Shown here piece by piece: positions 35,810 to 48,835 of a stretch of 64,000 nt of DNA (position 1 is the stretch's first letter; every line of letters begins with the position of its first letter). The stretch comes from Malacoraja senta (lineage: Eukaryota): positions 60,016,001 to 60,080,000 of the forward strand of contig CM075978.1 in the NCBI GenBank assembly GCA_038087875.1, read 5' to 3'. The position numbers were made by a program, and so were the translations under genes. The notes beneath the pieces were generated by a model. It did no database searches. It had not been told where the DNA came from and was given only the letters and a program-made list of their open reading frames with translations.

Positions 35810-36510
35810 TGTTATGGGACTATCAGCACATTTGTGTGACCAAGCACTCTCTAAAACAGAAATCTGGGACCAATGAGAAGGATGGTCAAGCTGATCTTAA
35901 ACCAGCTAGGCCGCCAGACATTCAGTCGGAGCTCACAAGTTAGTGATACTAAGACAAGAACCGGTGTTACTGATCAGTGATTGAATATTCAACATTGGTT
36001 CAGGGAAAGAGAAAGATTAGGGAAGCAGACTCACTGTAGTCTTGGTTTCTTGCCTCTCCTTTATTTGGAGGGGTGCATTCAAAGCCTCCCTCAAAGTCCA
36101 TTGAGGTGACTTACAGTGGCTGGGTGGGAGGGATATTCAACTGATCAAGCAGAGAGGTTTCTGGAAGGCCACAGCAGGGGCATAACCAATCAGCAGTATA
36201 ATCAGCAGGAAGAACCTTAACAGCAGCCAGCGAGGATCACAACCAGCAAAAGCCTACATTGTGAGCTCCAATCAAAGGTGTGGACAGCAACAGCACCACC
36301 TGAGATGGAGACAAACCTTCATGAAGAGTAGTGAACCCCACACTCTGGAAGCCCAATGAAGATACCGGTGACAAACACCAAAGGTGACAGACGGTAATTT
36401 GGGACGGATAGATAGAGCCTAAAGTATTGCATTATTAACCGTGTGGGTGCGTGAATAAAGCTGCCTTTGCACTGGGATCTGACGTGTGTCCTTTTTTAAA
36501 TCTCAAAACT
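35810..36510 (+). mobile_element. Possible old solo LTR in an MGA intron
   Basis: CCAAT (~36186), TATA-like (~36196) and AATAAA (~36454) occur in LTR order. Ends and TSD not resolved. Confidence 0.3.
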
Positions 36511-37150
36511 ATAAAGCACTGGGTAAAGCAACCCCAAAAGGGACATTCGTCAAAGTGCTCAGAAAGAGTAGAGGCAACAGTTATCAAATATAGCTTTAAC
36601 CATCCCTCATCAACCAAAGTACCAAGATAACTCGATATTAACTTAGAATGATTGAAGTTGAATTAGGATGAACCCTCAGACCCTCAAAGCTTCTTCAGGT
36701 ATCAGAGATTTTGGGAAAAAGGCAGAGAATGGGGGTTGGAGGGAGAGATAGATCAGCCATGGTTGAATGGTGGAGTAGACTTGATGGGCCGAATGGCCTA
36801 ATTCTGCTCCTATTCCTCTTGACCGAATTATCTTGTGTTAACTAACAACTGCAATGGTGTCGAAAGTGAAAGATTGGGTGGGGAGGGGGCTAATTGTCCA
36901 TCTTTATCTGTTGTCAGCCAGAAAGTGCACTCTCGTCAGATTTCGACTGATGGGCGTTAACCAATATACATCCTGGAAACGGAAGTCTGAATGCGTCTAT
37001 TATTTTTATATGATCACAATTCTCTCCTCCATTTGAAATCTCCCTCACACTAATGTATTGGGACAATGGGCATATATTGAAAACTTGAGTTCTCGGTATT
37101 TTAAAACATACTATGCAAAGCAGAAAAGGAAATACTGATGTAGTGCTTAC

Positions 37151-37354
37151 CAACTGAATCTGCGGCCACGTTCAATCTGGCATCCTTGCCTTGACACGCA
37201 TCAGCCAAACTGAAGCTTGAGGCCTCCATTCCAGGTCTAGTGCTCATCTGTGTAGACGTTGTCAATGTAGAACTGAGTGAACCCGCAATAGTAAAGTTAT
37301 TTACCTGAAGTGGTACTGGCAACCCTTGCAGTTGTATAGTAACTGAGGCAATGC
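37151..37354 (-). CDS. MGA: MGA coding exon
   Basis: ctccctctag|GC...GTTG|gtaagc. 204 nt, open frame GIASVTIQLQGLPVPLQV...AADSV. Phase 1 to 1. Confidence 0.8.
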
Positions 37355-37560
37355 CTAGAGGGAGAAAGGGATAGTGAGAGAGTTAGACAAAGGGAGAAAC
37401 ACAGCAAAACATTGGGGGGGGAGGGGGAAGGGTCAAGGAGGGAGGAGGGGGAGGGAGGAGAGAGAGGGGAGGTAAAGAGAGGGGAGTAGGAAAGAGAGGG
37501 GGGGTAGGAAAGGTGGGCTTTCACAAATGTGGAAGTTCCAGCCTAAACTCAATAGCATAC

Positions 37561-37737
37561 CTGCAATACTTGTTCCACTAACACCATCTCCCTTGGACTG
37601 GTTTTCACTTAGGAGTCCCTCAGCAGTAAAGAATGGAGTTTGGCCGGAAATAAGAGGACCCTTTAAAGTCAGAACCTGACCCTGTGGTGTCATTAGCAGA
37701 CTTCCAGTTGTCAGCGGGATGGAGGAGGTTGAAGACT
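37561..37737 (-). CDS. MGA: MGA coding exon
   Basis: ttttttgacag|AG...GCAG|gtatgc. Encodes ...LTTGSLLMTPQGQVLTLKGPLISG..., an MGA-like block. Phase 1 to 1. Confidence 0.92.
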
Positions 37738-38672
37738 CTGTCAAAAAATTAACATCCCAATGACATTTCATTTCTAATCATGCACCTAATAGTTCAAATT
37801 TCTTCCTCTTCTCTGTTCCCTGTCATCACTCACTGTTCTCTCCCACATATCATCCAGTGATTATATCTTTCTGACCCATCATTATATATTCACATCACCC
37901 TCCAATGACCTAATTTCAAACCTATTGCGTGCGTTTCAAACCTTCCCCCAATTATGTTTCCCACCACCCTACCACAGAACAATTACTCCCAGCTCAAACA
38001 AACAGCTCACCATCAGTCGCGAAGTCAGAAACTCTCCCTGATCCTCTCACCTCTTTCCCCAATGCATGACCCATTTGCTCAGCGAGCTCTGCAATGGCTA
38101 AAACCTACAAAGAAAAGGCTCGGCACAAACCTAAACAAGAAGTGATGCACAGCTCATTGACTTTGTGCACATAAGATTCATGCTGCAGGGGGGCTCTACA
38201 AAGTGATTTGGGCCCTTACACTGTTGTTTTCATGAATCTTTTAGGTCTTGTTATAATTTTTGGCCAATACCCAAACTGTTGTCAGGAATTCCTCCTTCAC
38301 CTCAGATCAACACATCTATTTTGATTTTTTCTTATGTCAAATCTCTTGAAAGGAGATAAAGTTAAAACTCCTTGATCTTACCCACAGCATCAAAAGCAAA
38401 TTCAGCACGAGTCAGACTAGAGAGGCAGAAGCATTGCAGTTAAGTGTGCGTCTGTTTCAACCAGACTTTATAGGTACCTTGAAGAAGATTGGGTCCCATA
38501 CCTATGAAATGTTTTTCTAAACACTAGTTTTCTAAACACCACTGAAACACTAAGTCTCAATTTATAGCTCTAAACTCAAGTCAACTCTCATGGCAGCTTT
38601 AAAATCGTCCAACCAATGACAATGGCTGAGCTCATTTCCTCAACTTGGACAACGATAGAATCAAGAATCAAG

Positions 38673-38962
38673 CGCGGCACAATGGCACAGCGGTAGAGTT
38701 GTTGCCTTACAGCGCTTGAGCCCTGGGTTCGATCCCGACTACGGTTGCTGTGTTTGTACGTTCTCCCCATGGGTTTTCCCCGAGATCCTCGGTTTCATCC
38801 CACACTCCAAAGACGTACAGGTTTGTAGGTAAATTGACTTGGTATAAGTACAAATTATCCCCAGTGTGGGTAGGATAGTGTTAATGTGTGGGGATCGCTG
38901 GTCAGTGCGGGCTCGATGAGCCAAAGAGCCCATTTCCGTACTGTATCTCTAAACCAAACAAA
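38673..38962 (+). mobile_element. HE1-like V-SINE
   Basis: A-box TGGCACAGCGG, B-box GGTTCGATCCC, conserved body and tail. Confidence 0.88.
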
Positions 38963-39043
38963 CCAATTGCAGAATTGCCTTGTTCTCCCGTAACACAATA
39001 TTAACATTGTCAATACACCACTAAATTCTTAAAACCATGTACA

Positions 39044-41680
39044 TAGTGCCCTACATAATGTTTGGGACAAAGACCAATCATTTATTTATTTGCCTCTGTA
39101 CTCCACAATTTGAGATTTGTAATAGAAAATAATCACATGTGGTTAAAGTGCACATTGTCAGATTTTAATAAAGGCCATTTTTATACATTTTGGTTTCACC
39201 ATGTAGAAATTACAGCAGTGTTGAAACATAGTCCCCCCATTTCAGGGCACCATATTGTTTGGGACACAGCAATGTCATGTAAATGAAAGTAGTCATGTTT
39301 AGTATTTTGTTGCATATCCTTTGCATGCAATGACTGCTTGAAGTCAGCGATTCATGGACCTCATCAGTTGCCGGGTGTCTTCTCTGGTGATCCTCTGCAG
39401 GCATCTTTAGCTTATGCTTGTTTTGGGGGCTAGTCCCCTTCAGTTTTTTCCAGCATATAAAAGGCATGCTCAATTGGGTTCAGATCAATTGGCCACTCAA
39501 GAATTGACCATTTTTTAGCTTTGAAAAACTCCTTTGTTGCTTTAGCAGTATGTTTGGGATAATTGTTTTGCTGTAGAATGAACCGCCGGCCAATGAGTTT
39601 TGAGATATTTGTTTGAACTTGAACAGATCGGATGTGTCTATACACTTCAGAATTCATTATGCTACTACCATCTACTCTACTACAAGAGTAAGGTGACGTG
39701 CCTCAATGACTATCGACCTGTGGCACTAACGCCTGTGGTGATGAAGTGCTTTGAGAGGTTGATCATGACGCAGATCAACTCCTACCTCGACAAAAACCTG
39801 GACCCACTGCAGTTCGCTTACCGCCACAACAGATCAACAGTGGATGCGATCTCGCTGGCCCTCCACTCCGCTCTGGACCACTTGGACAACAAAAACTCAT
39901 ATGTCAGGCTGTTATTCATCGATTACAGCTCGGTATTTAATACAATCATCCCCTCCAAGCTGGTTACCAAACTCGCAGAACTGGGTCTCTGCGCATCCCT
40001 CTGCAATTGGATCCTCGACTTCCTCACTCTCAGACCACAGTCTGCTCGTATTGGTGGAAATGTGTCAGACTCGATAACATTCAGCATGGGAGCACTTCAA
40101 GGCTGCGTGCTCAGCCCCCTGCTGTACTCACTCTATACTCATGACTGCGTAGCCGGACATAGTGCGAACTCCATCATCAAGTTCGCTGACGACACCACTG
40201 TTGTGGGACGTATCACTGATGGGGATGAGTCAGAGTATAGAAGAGAGATCGAGCAACTGTCCATATGGTGCCAGCACAATAACCTGGCCCTCAACACCAG
40301 CAAAACCAAGGAACTGATTGTGGACTTTGGAAGGAGTAGGATGGGGACCCACAGTCCCGTTTATATCAACGGGTCGATGGTTGAAAGGGTCAAGAGCTTC
40401 AAATTCCTGGGCGTGCACATCTCTGAAGATCTTTCCTGGTCCGAGAACACTGATGCCATTATTAAGAAAGCACATCAGCGCCTCTACTTCCTGAGAAGAT
40501 TACGGAGAGTCGGTTTGTCAAGGAGGACTCTCTCTAACCTCTACAGGTGCACAGTAGAGAGCATGCTGACCAGTTGCATCGTGGCTTGGTTCGGCAACTT
40601 GAGCGCCCTGGAGAGGAAAAGACTACAAAAAGTAGTAAACACTGCCCAGTCCATCATTGGCTCTGACCTCCCTTCCATCGAGGGGATCTATCACAGTCGC
40701 TACCTCAAAAAGGCTGGCAGTATCATCAAGGACCCACACCATCCTGGCCACACACTCATCTCCCTACTACCTTCAGGTAGAAGGTACAGGAGCCTGAAGA
40801 CTGCAACGACCAGGTTCAGGAATAGCTACTTCCCCACAGCCATCAGGCTATTAAACCTGGCTCGGACATAACACTGAACTTTATTAGCCAATACTGTTAT
40901 TTGCACTTTATCAGTATATTGATTCATGCGTGTATATATTTATAGAGTGCCTTGTAGTCAATGCCTACTATGTTCTGTTGTGCTGAAGCAAAGCAAGAAT
41001 TTCATTGTCCTATCAGGGACACATGACAATAAACTCACTTGAACCATCCGCAGTTGTATCATCAATGAAGATAAGTGAGCCAGTACCTTCAGCAGCCATA
41101 CATGTCCATGCCATAACATCCCCACCACCCTGTTTCACAGATGAGGTGGTATGCTTTGGAACTTGGGCAGTTCCTTCTCTCCTTTGTTCTTGCCATCACT
41201 GATATAAGGTAATCTTTGTCTTGTCTGTCCACAATACTTTTTTTCCAGAACTGTGGTTGCTCTTTTAAGTACTTCTTGGCAAACTGTAACCTGGCCATCC
41301 AATTTTCGTGGCTAACCGGTGGTTTGCATCTTGCAGTGTAGCCTCTGTATTTGATGGAAAGACTGGAGGAAAGACTAGGTGCTGAGAGCTCTCTTATACC
41401 TGCATTAAGGAGGCATTTAAACACACCCGAGCAATTACAAACACCTGTGAAGCCATGTGTCCCAAACATTATGGTGCCCTGAAATGGGGGGACTATGTAT
41501 AAACACAGCTGTAATTTCTAGATGGTGAAACCAAAATGTTTGAAAATACCCTTTAATAAAATCTGGCAAAGTGCACTTTAACCACACGTGATATTTTTCT
41601 ATTATAAATCTCAAATTGTGGAATACAGAGGCAAATAAATAAACGATGTGTCTTTGTCCCAAACATTATGAAGGGCATTG
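39044..41680 (-). mobile_element. Tc1 transposon of IR/DR type (decayed transposase), interrupted by Rex1
   Basis: ~225-bp TIRs (39044-39268; 41456-41680), each carrying two CATAATGTTTGGGACA-like repeats. TA follows the right end. Transposase remnants [35 protein letters not shown]. Confidence 0.9.
39673..41042 (+). mobile_element. Rex1/Babar LINE, 5'-truncated, RT frame intact
   Basis: [35 protein letters not shown]. Stop at 40871, 3' tail AATAAACTCACTTGA, TSD ACCATC (39667-39672 / 41043-41048). Confidence 0.92.
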
Positions 41681-42158
41681 TATCCACATTCAAGGCGTGC
41701 CTGTTTCTTCTAAGTTGCTCAGCCTCAAAAGTTATTTCATTTGGCAGAGTAATCTTTGTAGAAGGTAGCAACAGAAATGAAACAAAAAAAATATTCTCTT
41801 CCACTATTTCTATATTTCATTGTATATCAGCAAAACTGAATATGGAAAATATTTTTGCCAGCAGATTATGCAGATGAAAAGTCTTCAGTAGATAGGGGAC
41901 CCAATGATCTTCAAGACACCTTTAACGCTGGAGGGCTCCACCCAACTCTCCTGTTACTCAGTGATGGAGAGGACAGACGTAGACTGCAAATTAACAAAAA
42001 GGGAACGGAACAAGATATACCCAACCACTGTATTTAGAAATTGCTTAATATTGTTTACCAACTACAGATGAGAAGATAACAGTGTTACACCATGCGGCTT
42101 CCACAATGTGCAATTATACAAAAACATTATAATACCTATAGAAGGCAAAATTACATAC

Positions 42159-42452
42159 GGGGAGTTGATGAATGTTTCCTGGTGAGAATAAGAGGTCTTG
42201 CACGACCACCCTCAGACATCAAGTCCTGTCCACTACATAGCATAGTGACATTGGGTGGTTTCTGGATTTGCAAATCCATGGCTACCTTCTGCAGAGAATC
42301 CATAGATGATATAGATGCTGTATTCCAACTGGCGGAATGCTGTTCACTTGCATCATCTCCTTCCTGCATTAACTTTCTCTTCTCAACATCTAGTGCTCTC
42401 TGCTTTGCACAGATATATTCCAGTTTCTTCAAAATAACTTCCTCAGTCTTTC
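42159..42452 (-). CDS. MGA: MGA coding exon
   Basis: gtttgtag|GA...CC|gtatgt. Encodes GKTEEVILKKLEYICAKQRAL...ARPLILTRK, the MGA post-zipper block. Phase 1 to 1. Confidence 0.93.
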
Positions 42453-42879
42453 CTACAAACAAAACATATAATAAAATAAATACAGCAATGATTAAATCTT
42501 AGGTAAGCTGATGTGAACATCTTAACATCCTGAGCATTCTCTTCTTAATTCTGCATCTCATGTCAACAAGTTAGGCCTCAATTGGATTCTTAACCTTATT
42601 ACATAATCCAAAAACTTCAGTTTCACTCTTTGCAACTGAGAGGTAAGATATCCTTCCATGTTGTGCAAGGTTTCTGAGCAGTATGTGTTCTCTGTTGGAT
42701 ACGTGGATCTGTCTTTCTTTCACTTATTCAGTCCCCTCCACCTATTATTCTGTTGCGATAATGACTATATTAGTGCTGCTCTCCGCACTCACACAGAATT
42801 CCCAAGTTTTCTTATCTTTACTACTAATTTCCATCCTCCTTTCACTTAACACAAGCTGTTTCTGACTCTTTCTTTTCCT

Positions 42880-43630
42880 TTCTCAACATCTCTTACACCA
42901 TCTCAGGAGATAATTTAGTTACCAGTATCCTTTGTGCCCAGTATCCAGTTACCCTAGATCAATTTTATTTGCTATGATGACATTTTCTACACCAGTGCCT
43001 TAAAGATGTCCTCCTTTCCCCCTCACCACATTGACAGGGCTCTCAACTCGTCTCCTGCTTTTCCCTCACATCTGTTGTTAGCCATTCCTCAAAGCCAGAA
43101 TAAGCATAGGGTTTGCTCTGTCTTCACCATGTACCTCAGCAGCCTCCAAATTCAATGGGTAATTTCCAACATCTTCAATGGGTTGTAACAACTTCAAAGG
43201 GACTTGCTGCTCTGCCCTTCCTTGGCCCGATCTTCCATCACCATCTACAATATCCTTTCTTTTTGCATCGACCCATGTAACATGTGCCCTCTTGCCTCTT
43301 CCCACCCTGGGACTCAAATAATCCCTCCAGGAGAAGCAGCAACTCACTTGCACTGTTTTGCAAATTTGTGCATTGCATTCGGTGCCCACAACATTGACTT
43401 CTCTACAAAGGACTAAGCAAATGCAAATTTGGTGACCACTCTGCTGCACACGTATGCAGTTTCCAATCACCTGTCACAGTAATTCACTGTTCTCAACCCT
43501 ATTCTAACCTGACTTTGGCTTCCTGCATGGCTCCAGTCATAATCTATGCAACTTCAAGGAACATTGCCTTATCTTCCATGTGGGCAAATGCAGCCCTTAA
43601 GACATAAGGCTGAATGTAATACTTTCATCT
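42880..43630 (+). mobile_element. Highly decayed Penelope-like fragment
   Basis: Collinear but degenerate similarity to the reverse complement of 28550-29420. Confidence 0.5.
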
Positions 43631-44617
43631 GTCCCCCTTCCCTCCGCATTTTTAATCTCCCTTCACGGATTTGGTTTTTTTATCTTCCATCTCTGTCGGT
43701 ATAATTGTGACCCAGGCAATTTTATTCTGCTCAATATCACAAACATTTCATCTGTTCTCTCCTAACTTCGCTGTAATTCGCTGTAACTTTAAAAACTTTT
43801 ATTTTCTCACTTTTCCAGTTCTGATCAAAGTTCTTGAACTAAAATGTCAACTTTGTATCTCTCCTCACTGATGCTGCTTGACCCACTAAGTGCTCTCATC
43901 ATTTTCTGTTTTTGTCCCCTTGTTCTCAATACTCCACAGGAGAAATATTTTCTTTCAATCCTAACAATTCTTTTAATCATCTTAAAACATCCCACAATTA
44001 GATCATCTCTTAATCTTTAATACTTTAGGGAACAAAGGGTTAAATATTCATGTACCATCATTTAACCCTTCCCGCTCCAGTATAATCCTGAAGGATTTTT
44101 GCTGTACCCACTTCAAGGTTACCAAACTAATTCTTCCCAGAACCTTCTTCACTGTGGACATCCTAAAAGTCCCAAAGAGTTGTCAGGGTGCAGAGGGCTA
44201 TGAGTTCCTGCACCTCATTGCAGAGATTATTTTTCCAACTTCCAATAAAGGTTTGCTGTTGCATGGTACCAAAACATTATTTTGATCTTTAAGGACAACC
44301 TTTGTCTTCAGATATACTGTTCACTCACCACAACTGTACAAATGATCTCAATTCTAGCAAACTAACAAAGAAAAGACAGATGAACGGAATCGTTTTTTGC
44401 ACGTCTTCGCAGTGGAAGACACCAGCAATGTGCTAGAAATGCAAGAGAGTCATGGGGCAGTCACCATTACTGACGCGAAGATGCTTGGGAAGTTGAAAGG
44501 TCTGAATGAGGATAAGGCACTGGGACCAGATGGACAACACCCTTTGAAAAAGGCAGCTGTTGAGATTGTGGAGGCATTAGTAGGGATCTTTCAATAATCA
44601 CTGGAGTCAATCCTTAC

Positions 44618-44729
44618 CTGTCAATTGAGAGACTTTTCGAATAAGAAAATCCCTTCTGCGAGTCTGGATACTTTTCCCAGCTGATAAACAATCAGAATAA
44701 TCCTGCAGATTCTGGATTTCTGCAAATGC
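44618..44729 (-). CDS. MGA: MGA helix 2/leucine zipper exon
   Basis: tgttgtag|GCA...ACAG|gtaagg after a 79-nt intron. Encodes AFAEIQNLQDYSDCLSAGKSIQTRRRDFLIRKVSQLT(G). Confidence 0.95.
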
Positions 44730-44808
44730 CTACAACAGCAGAGAACTAACAGTCACAAAATATTCCGAAAAATACAGGAACTCAGACATTTTAAATATCT
44801 TTACAAAC

Positions 44809-44994
44809 CTGCTTCAGGATAAAGTATTTTGAAGCTTTCTCCTCCCCACGAATGGCCAAAGTTGTCTTCAACTTTTCAAAGAGGTCTCGCAACTCAGAAC
44901 GCCTCCGCCGCTCATTTACTGTGTGCGCGGTCCGATACACTACCAGAGCATCCAGCTGAGCTTGTGCTTCCTTATCGAGATCAGCAATGTGTTT
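44809..44994 (-). CDS. MGA: MGA bHLH exon (basic region, helix 1, loop, start of helix 2)
   Basis: ctttag|AAA...CAG|gtttgt. Encodes KHIADLDKEAQAQLDALVVYRTAHTVNERRRRSELRDLFEKLKTTLAIRGEEKASKYFILKQ, with the H-x3-E-x3-R E-box-binding basic motif of MAX-network proteins. Confidence 0.95.
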
Positions 44995-46229
44995 CTAAAG
45001 CAGCAAGAAATAATCAAGATTTTACAGTACAGAATTTCTTGCAGTTGTCAACAGTCTTTTGGATCAGACAAAGCAAGGAATGTGAAATGTTTCTTGTATT
45101 CACTGGACTCAATTCCAGGGATTAGTGTGTTTTCCCATCATGAATTGCTAACTAAACTGGAGATAAAGTATTTAGAAGTGATCTGATTGAAATATGCAAG
45201 ATCCTGAAAGTATGAATGGTAGATAAAATCTGTTGGAACAAACACATCTTGGAGGAAAAGGGATGGTCGATGTTTTTAGTCGGGACCTTGCCATAGGGTC
45301 CTGACCAGAATGTCATCCATCTCATTTCTACAGATTCTACTTGACCCGCTAAGATCTTCTAGCAGTTTATTTTTTTGCCCCAGATTCCAGCGTCTGCAGT
45401 CTTTTATGTCTCCATGACAGGATATTGAGAGATTTTAACTCAAAGGAGAATCTTGAACAAGGACACAGAAATACAAGAACAGGTGGCGTATGTTTAAAAC
45501 TGAGATGGGTAGTTCACCTCTCACAGGATGGCAAATCTCTGGAATTCTCTACCCGAGCGATTTGTGGAGCCAAGATTGTTGCGGGTAAAGAGCAATCAGA
45601 AAATGTTTTTGAATAAGATAGTTGACAATAGGAAACTGCCACAGGAGTTGAGGCTTTGGGCAGATCAGCCACAATCATACTAAATGGTGGGACTGGCCTA
45701 CACCTGCTATTTTCTTCTATTACAAAACAGTGACAAAAGTGAAGCCTGCTATGAATTACAGCGGGACCAACTCTTACAGTTGCAGATTTTCCTACTTCTT
45801 TCAGCAGTACAAATGATAGGATATGAAATAACATATTAATGGCACTAATGCTTTCCATCCACAGGTATTATCTCCCTCCGAGGGTACCCTATCAAAGGAC
45901 AAAGGACATTTATTGTCACATACACCAAATGGTGTAGTGAAATTTGTTCTTGCCATGCAGCACAAATAGACACAACATTAAAGAAATTTAACATAAAACA
46001 TAAAAACATCCCCCCACAATGGATCCCATGATGGGGGAAGGCACAAAGTCCAGTCCATATCCCCTTGTCCACCCATAGTCTGGCCTATATAGGCCTCCAC
46101 AGTCGCCGCTACGGGGGCCGATGTTACAGGCCCTTCTTCGCCGGGTGATGGTGCTCCGGTGTCGGGAGAACCCTCAGAAGGCTTTGAATCAACAGTTGAT
46201 TCAAAGCCTTCCTCCAAACAGGAACTTAC

Positions 46230-46308
46230 TGGCTTGGATTTGATGTCGCCCTCCTCCTCCTCATCCTCATCCGATCTATTTGTAAGGTATGGGTTGTGGA
46301 AATGGCAT
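46230..46308 (-). CDS. MGA: MGA coding exon (79 nt)
   Basis: tttccttccag|A...CCA|gtaagt. Encodes (K)CHFHNPYLTNRSDEDEEEEGDIKSKP. Phase 2 to 0 bridges the flanking exons exactly. Confidence 0.8.
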
Positions 46309-46871
46309 CTGGAAGGAAAAAGGTTTATGTATTAACCAGCAGATGTAACAAGGAAACAAATCTGAACACAAAACTTTAACACATGCAGAGTTAGTTAGTT
46401 AGACTCTCGAGATAGTTCATTAATAGACTTTTGGAAGATCAACACTGATCCCATCTACTTCAAAACAGCAAAGCTAAATACTGGTCAACATCTCATTTAA
46501 AGAACTTAAAGCCATGATGCAAGAAATATCGCTAAATGCGGTTTATGCAGAACAGACCACTGTAAAATAGTGTCCATATAAACACAAACTCCACATTTAC
46601 ATTAATGTGCAAGTATCTAATACCAATTAAGCCTAGTTGTAGAATTTGGAATTTGCCCAACAGTAGAACAATGTCCAAACTCACCCATTTTTATCTAATC
46701 AATAATATGAGTAAGAAAAATAAACAAACAACAAATGTCGAGGCTTTGAGATTTTGATTCCTTAAGTTATTAAGCTGTTGACTGAAGGTTGAACACAGAA
46801 GTTCATCATAACTTAGCTCAAGGAGGTAGAGAGGAATTCAGTCCAAAATACTTCAGGATTTGCAAGGACTA

Positions 46872-47970
46872 ACGATACAATATAACTTTATTTATCCCAG
46901 GAGGGAAATTGATCTGCCAACAGTCATAAAACACAAGAAGAAACATGAAATTAAAGTGACGAGTGGAACGTCCAGGATTGGGGATGTGCAAAGATTGGGG
47001 TGGGGAGGGGGAGTCAGTCTACCCCTCAACATAAGGGGGAGGAGTTGTACAGTTTGATAGCCACAGGGAAAAAGGATGTCCTGTGCTGCATCTTGGTGGA
47101 ACCAGTCTGTGCTGAAGATGCTCATCAGTGTGACGTGGAGGGGGTGAGCTGCATTGTCCAAGATGCTACACAGTTTGAGGAGCATCCTCCCCTCCAAGAT
47201 CACCTTCAATGAATCCAACTCCACTCCCAGGACGGAGCCAGCCTTCCTGATGAGCTTGTTAATTCTGTTGAAGATGGCACCGGCCACCACCGATTGATAG
47301 AACATCTGCAGCATCTTACTGCAGATGTTGAAAGAGCAGAGCCTCCTCAGACAGTATAGACGGCTCTGTCTCTCCTTATACAGTGCTTTAGCATTCCTGA
47401 ACCAGTCAAGTTTACTGTCCAGGTACACTCCAAGGTACTTGTACTCCTTGGTAAACTGCACATACACACCCTTGATGGAGACAGGGGACAGGGGTGCTCC
47501 TTTCCTCCTAAAGTCCACCATCATGTCTTTAGTCTTGTTGGTGTTGAGCTGCAGGTGATTCAGCCCACACCACTTGACAAAGTCGTTGACTACACCTCAG
47601 TATTCAGCTTCCCTCCTCTCACTGATGCATCCCACTATGCAGAGTCATCCAAAAGCTTCCACAGGTGGCAGAAGTCAGAGTTGTATCTGAAGTCCATGGT
47701 GTAGATGGTGAACAGGAAGGGAGAGAGGACCATCCCATGTTGTTCACCACCATGTACGAGACACAGTTCTGTAGCCTGACATACTGTGGTCATCCAGTCA
47801 GGTAGTTGGTGATCCAGGACACAAATGGAGCATCCACCCGCTTCTTTGTCAGTTTGCTCCCTTGCAGTGCAGGCTGGATGGTGTTAAACGCACTGGAGAA
47901 ATAAAAAAAAACATGACTCTCACAGTGCTTCCCAGTTTACCCAGGTGAGCAGAGGAACAATGGAGCAGGT
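46872..47970 (-). mobile_element. Rex1/Babar LINE fragment (different family, decayed)
   Basis: VLSPFLFTIYT, MMVDFRRK, YKYLGVYLDSKLDW, QSRLYCLRRL. 3' tail ATAAATAAAGTT. Confidence 0.8.
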
Positions 47971-48301
47971 TCATCCTAAGAAATGCCTTCAAGATGTAGA
48001 AAATGCCTCAATCCCCCATTCTTTAATCAATACTATGATATTAGCAGCTGAATCACTGCAGCAACAAGTGATGTAACAGAGGTCCCCATACCGTGCCAGC
48101 CTCTGTAGATTATTACAAGGCTTTCGATGAAGCCCCACATGACTGGCAAGCCAAAAAAGTATAAGTTTACAGGATCTAATGGAGTGTGCCAAACTGAATT
48201 CAAAACCTGATCAGATGAAGAATGTAGAAGAAAGTATCTGATGGTTATTTTTGGCAATGGAAGGCTAATGCCAATGGGGCTTCACAGAGTTTTATGTACA
48301 A

Positions 48302-48835
48302 CTAGACCAAGCGCGGACGCGTTGGTTCCCCCTCCCCAACGCAATATTCCACAACTCACCTACACACAAGGTGATGTTCAATGAAAATGGCGATCCCGGC
48401 CAGGCAACCCACCCCCAACTGTGCAGGTGCGGCTGACGGGTCCCCGTTGTGACGCGAGTCAAAATGGTGGCGGTCCAACTGCGCAGGCGCGGCTGACGAT
48501 CTTAAAATGGCGGCGGGCCCGGCAACCCCAAACTGCATACGCTTGGATAGTGGGCCTGGCAACCCTCCCGCAACTGCGCATGGGTCGGCAAGTGGGAGCG
48601 CAGTTAACGGTGAAAAGTAAAGAAAAGTTTATTAAGGGAATAACTTGGGAATTAATTTGTCAAATAGAACGAAACTTGCTACTGCACACCCCAGGCGAAT
48701 GGTGAGTAAGATGGGCTGAAAATTATTGCGCTATCATGTACCGTTTTGGCTGCATTTCGGGCATATACATACATACATACATACAAACAAATATATATAC
48801 ATACATACAAGTTGAGAGTTTTTGTTATATATAGA
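48302..48835 (-). mobile_element. Non-autonomous Helitron
   Basis: Minus strand starts A|TCTATATAT and ends CTAG|T, with a degenerate subterminal hairpin and no TSD. Shares CAACGCAATATTCCAC with the element ending at 60553. Confidence 0.75.

Noticed and set aside
37299-37310. Internal donor CAG|GTAAAT in an MGA exon
   Set aside because: Phase 0 is incompatible with the phase-1 terminal exon.
38673-38745. tRNA-like sequence
   Set aside because: SINE head continuing into the SINE body, not a tRNA gene; the same applies to the other copies.
39600-39683. N-terminal extension of the 423-aa ORF
   Set aside because: Antisense Tc1 sequence fortuitously in frame with the truncated Rex1 RT.
41920-41983. 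Possible extra MGA exon after a ttgcag acceptor
   Set aside because: In the required phase it hits a stop within ten codons; the flanking exons join in frame without it.
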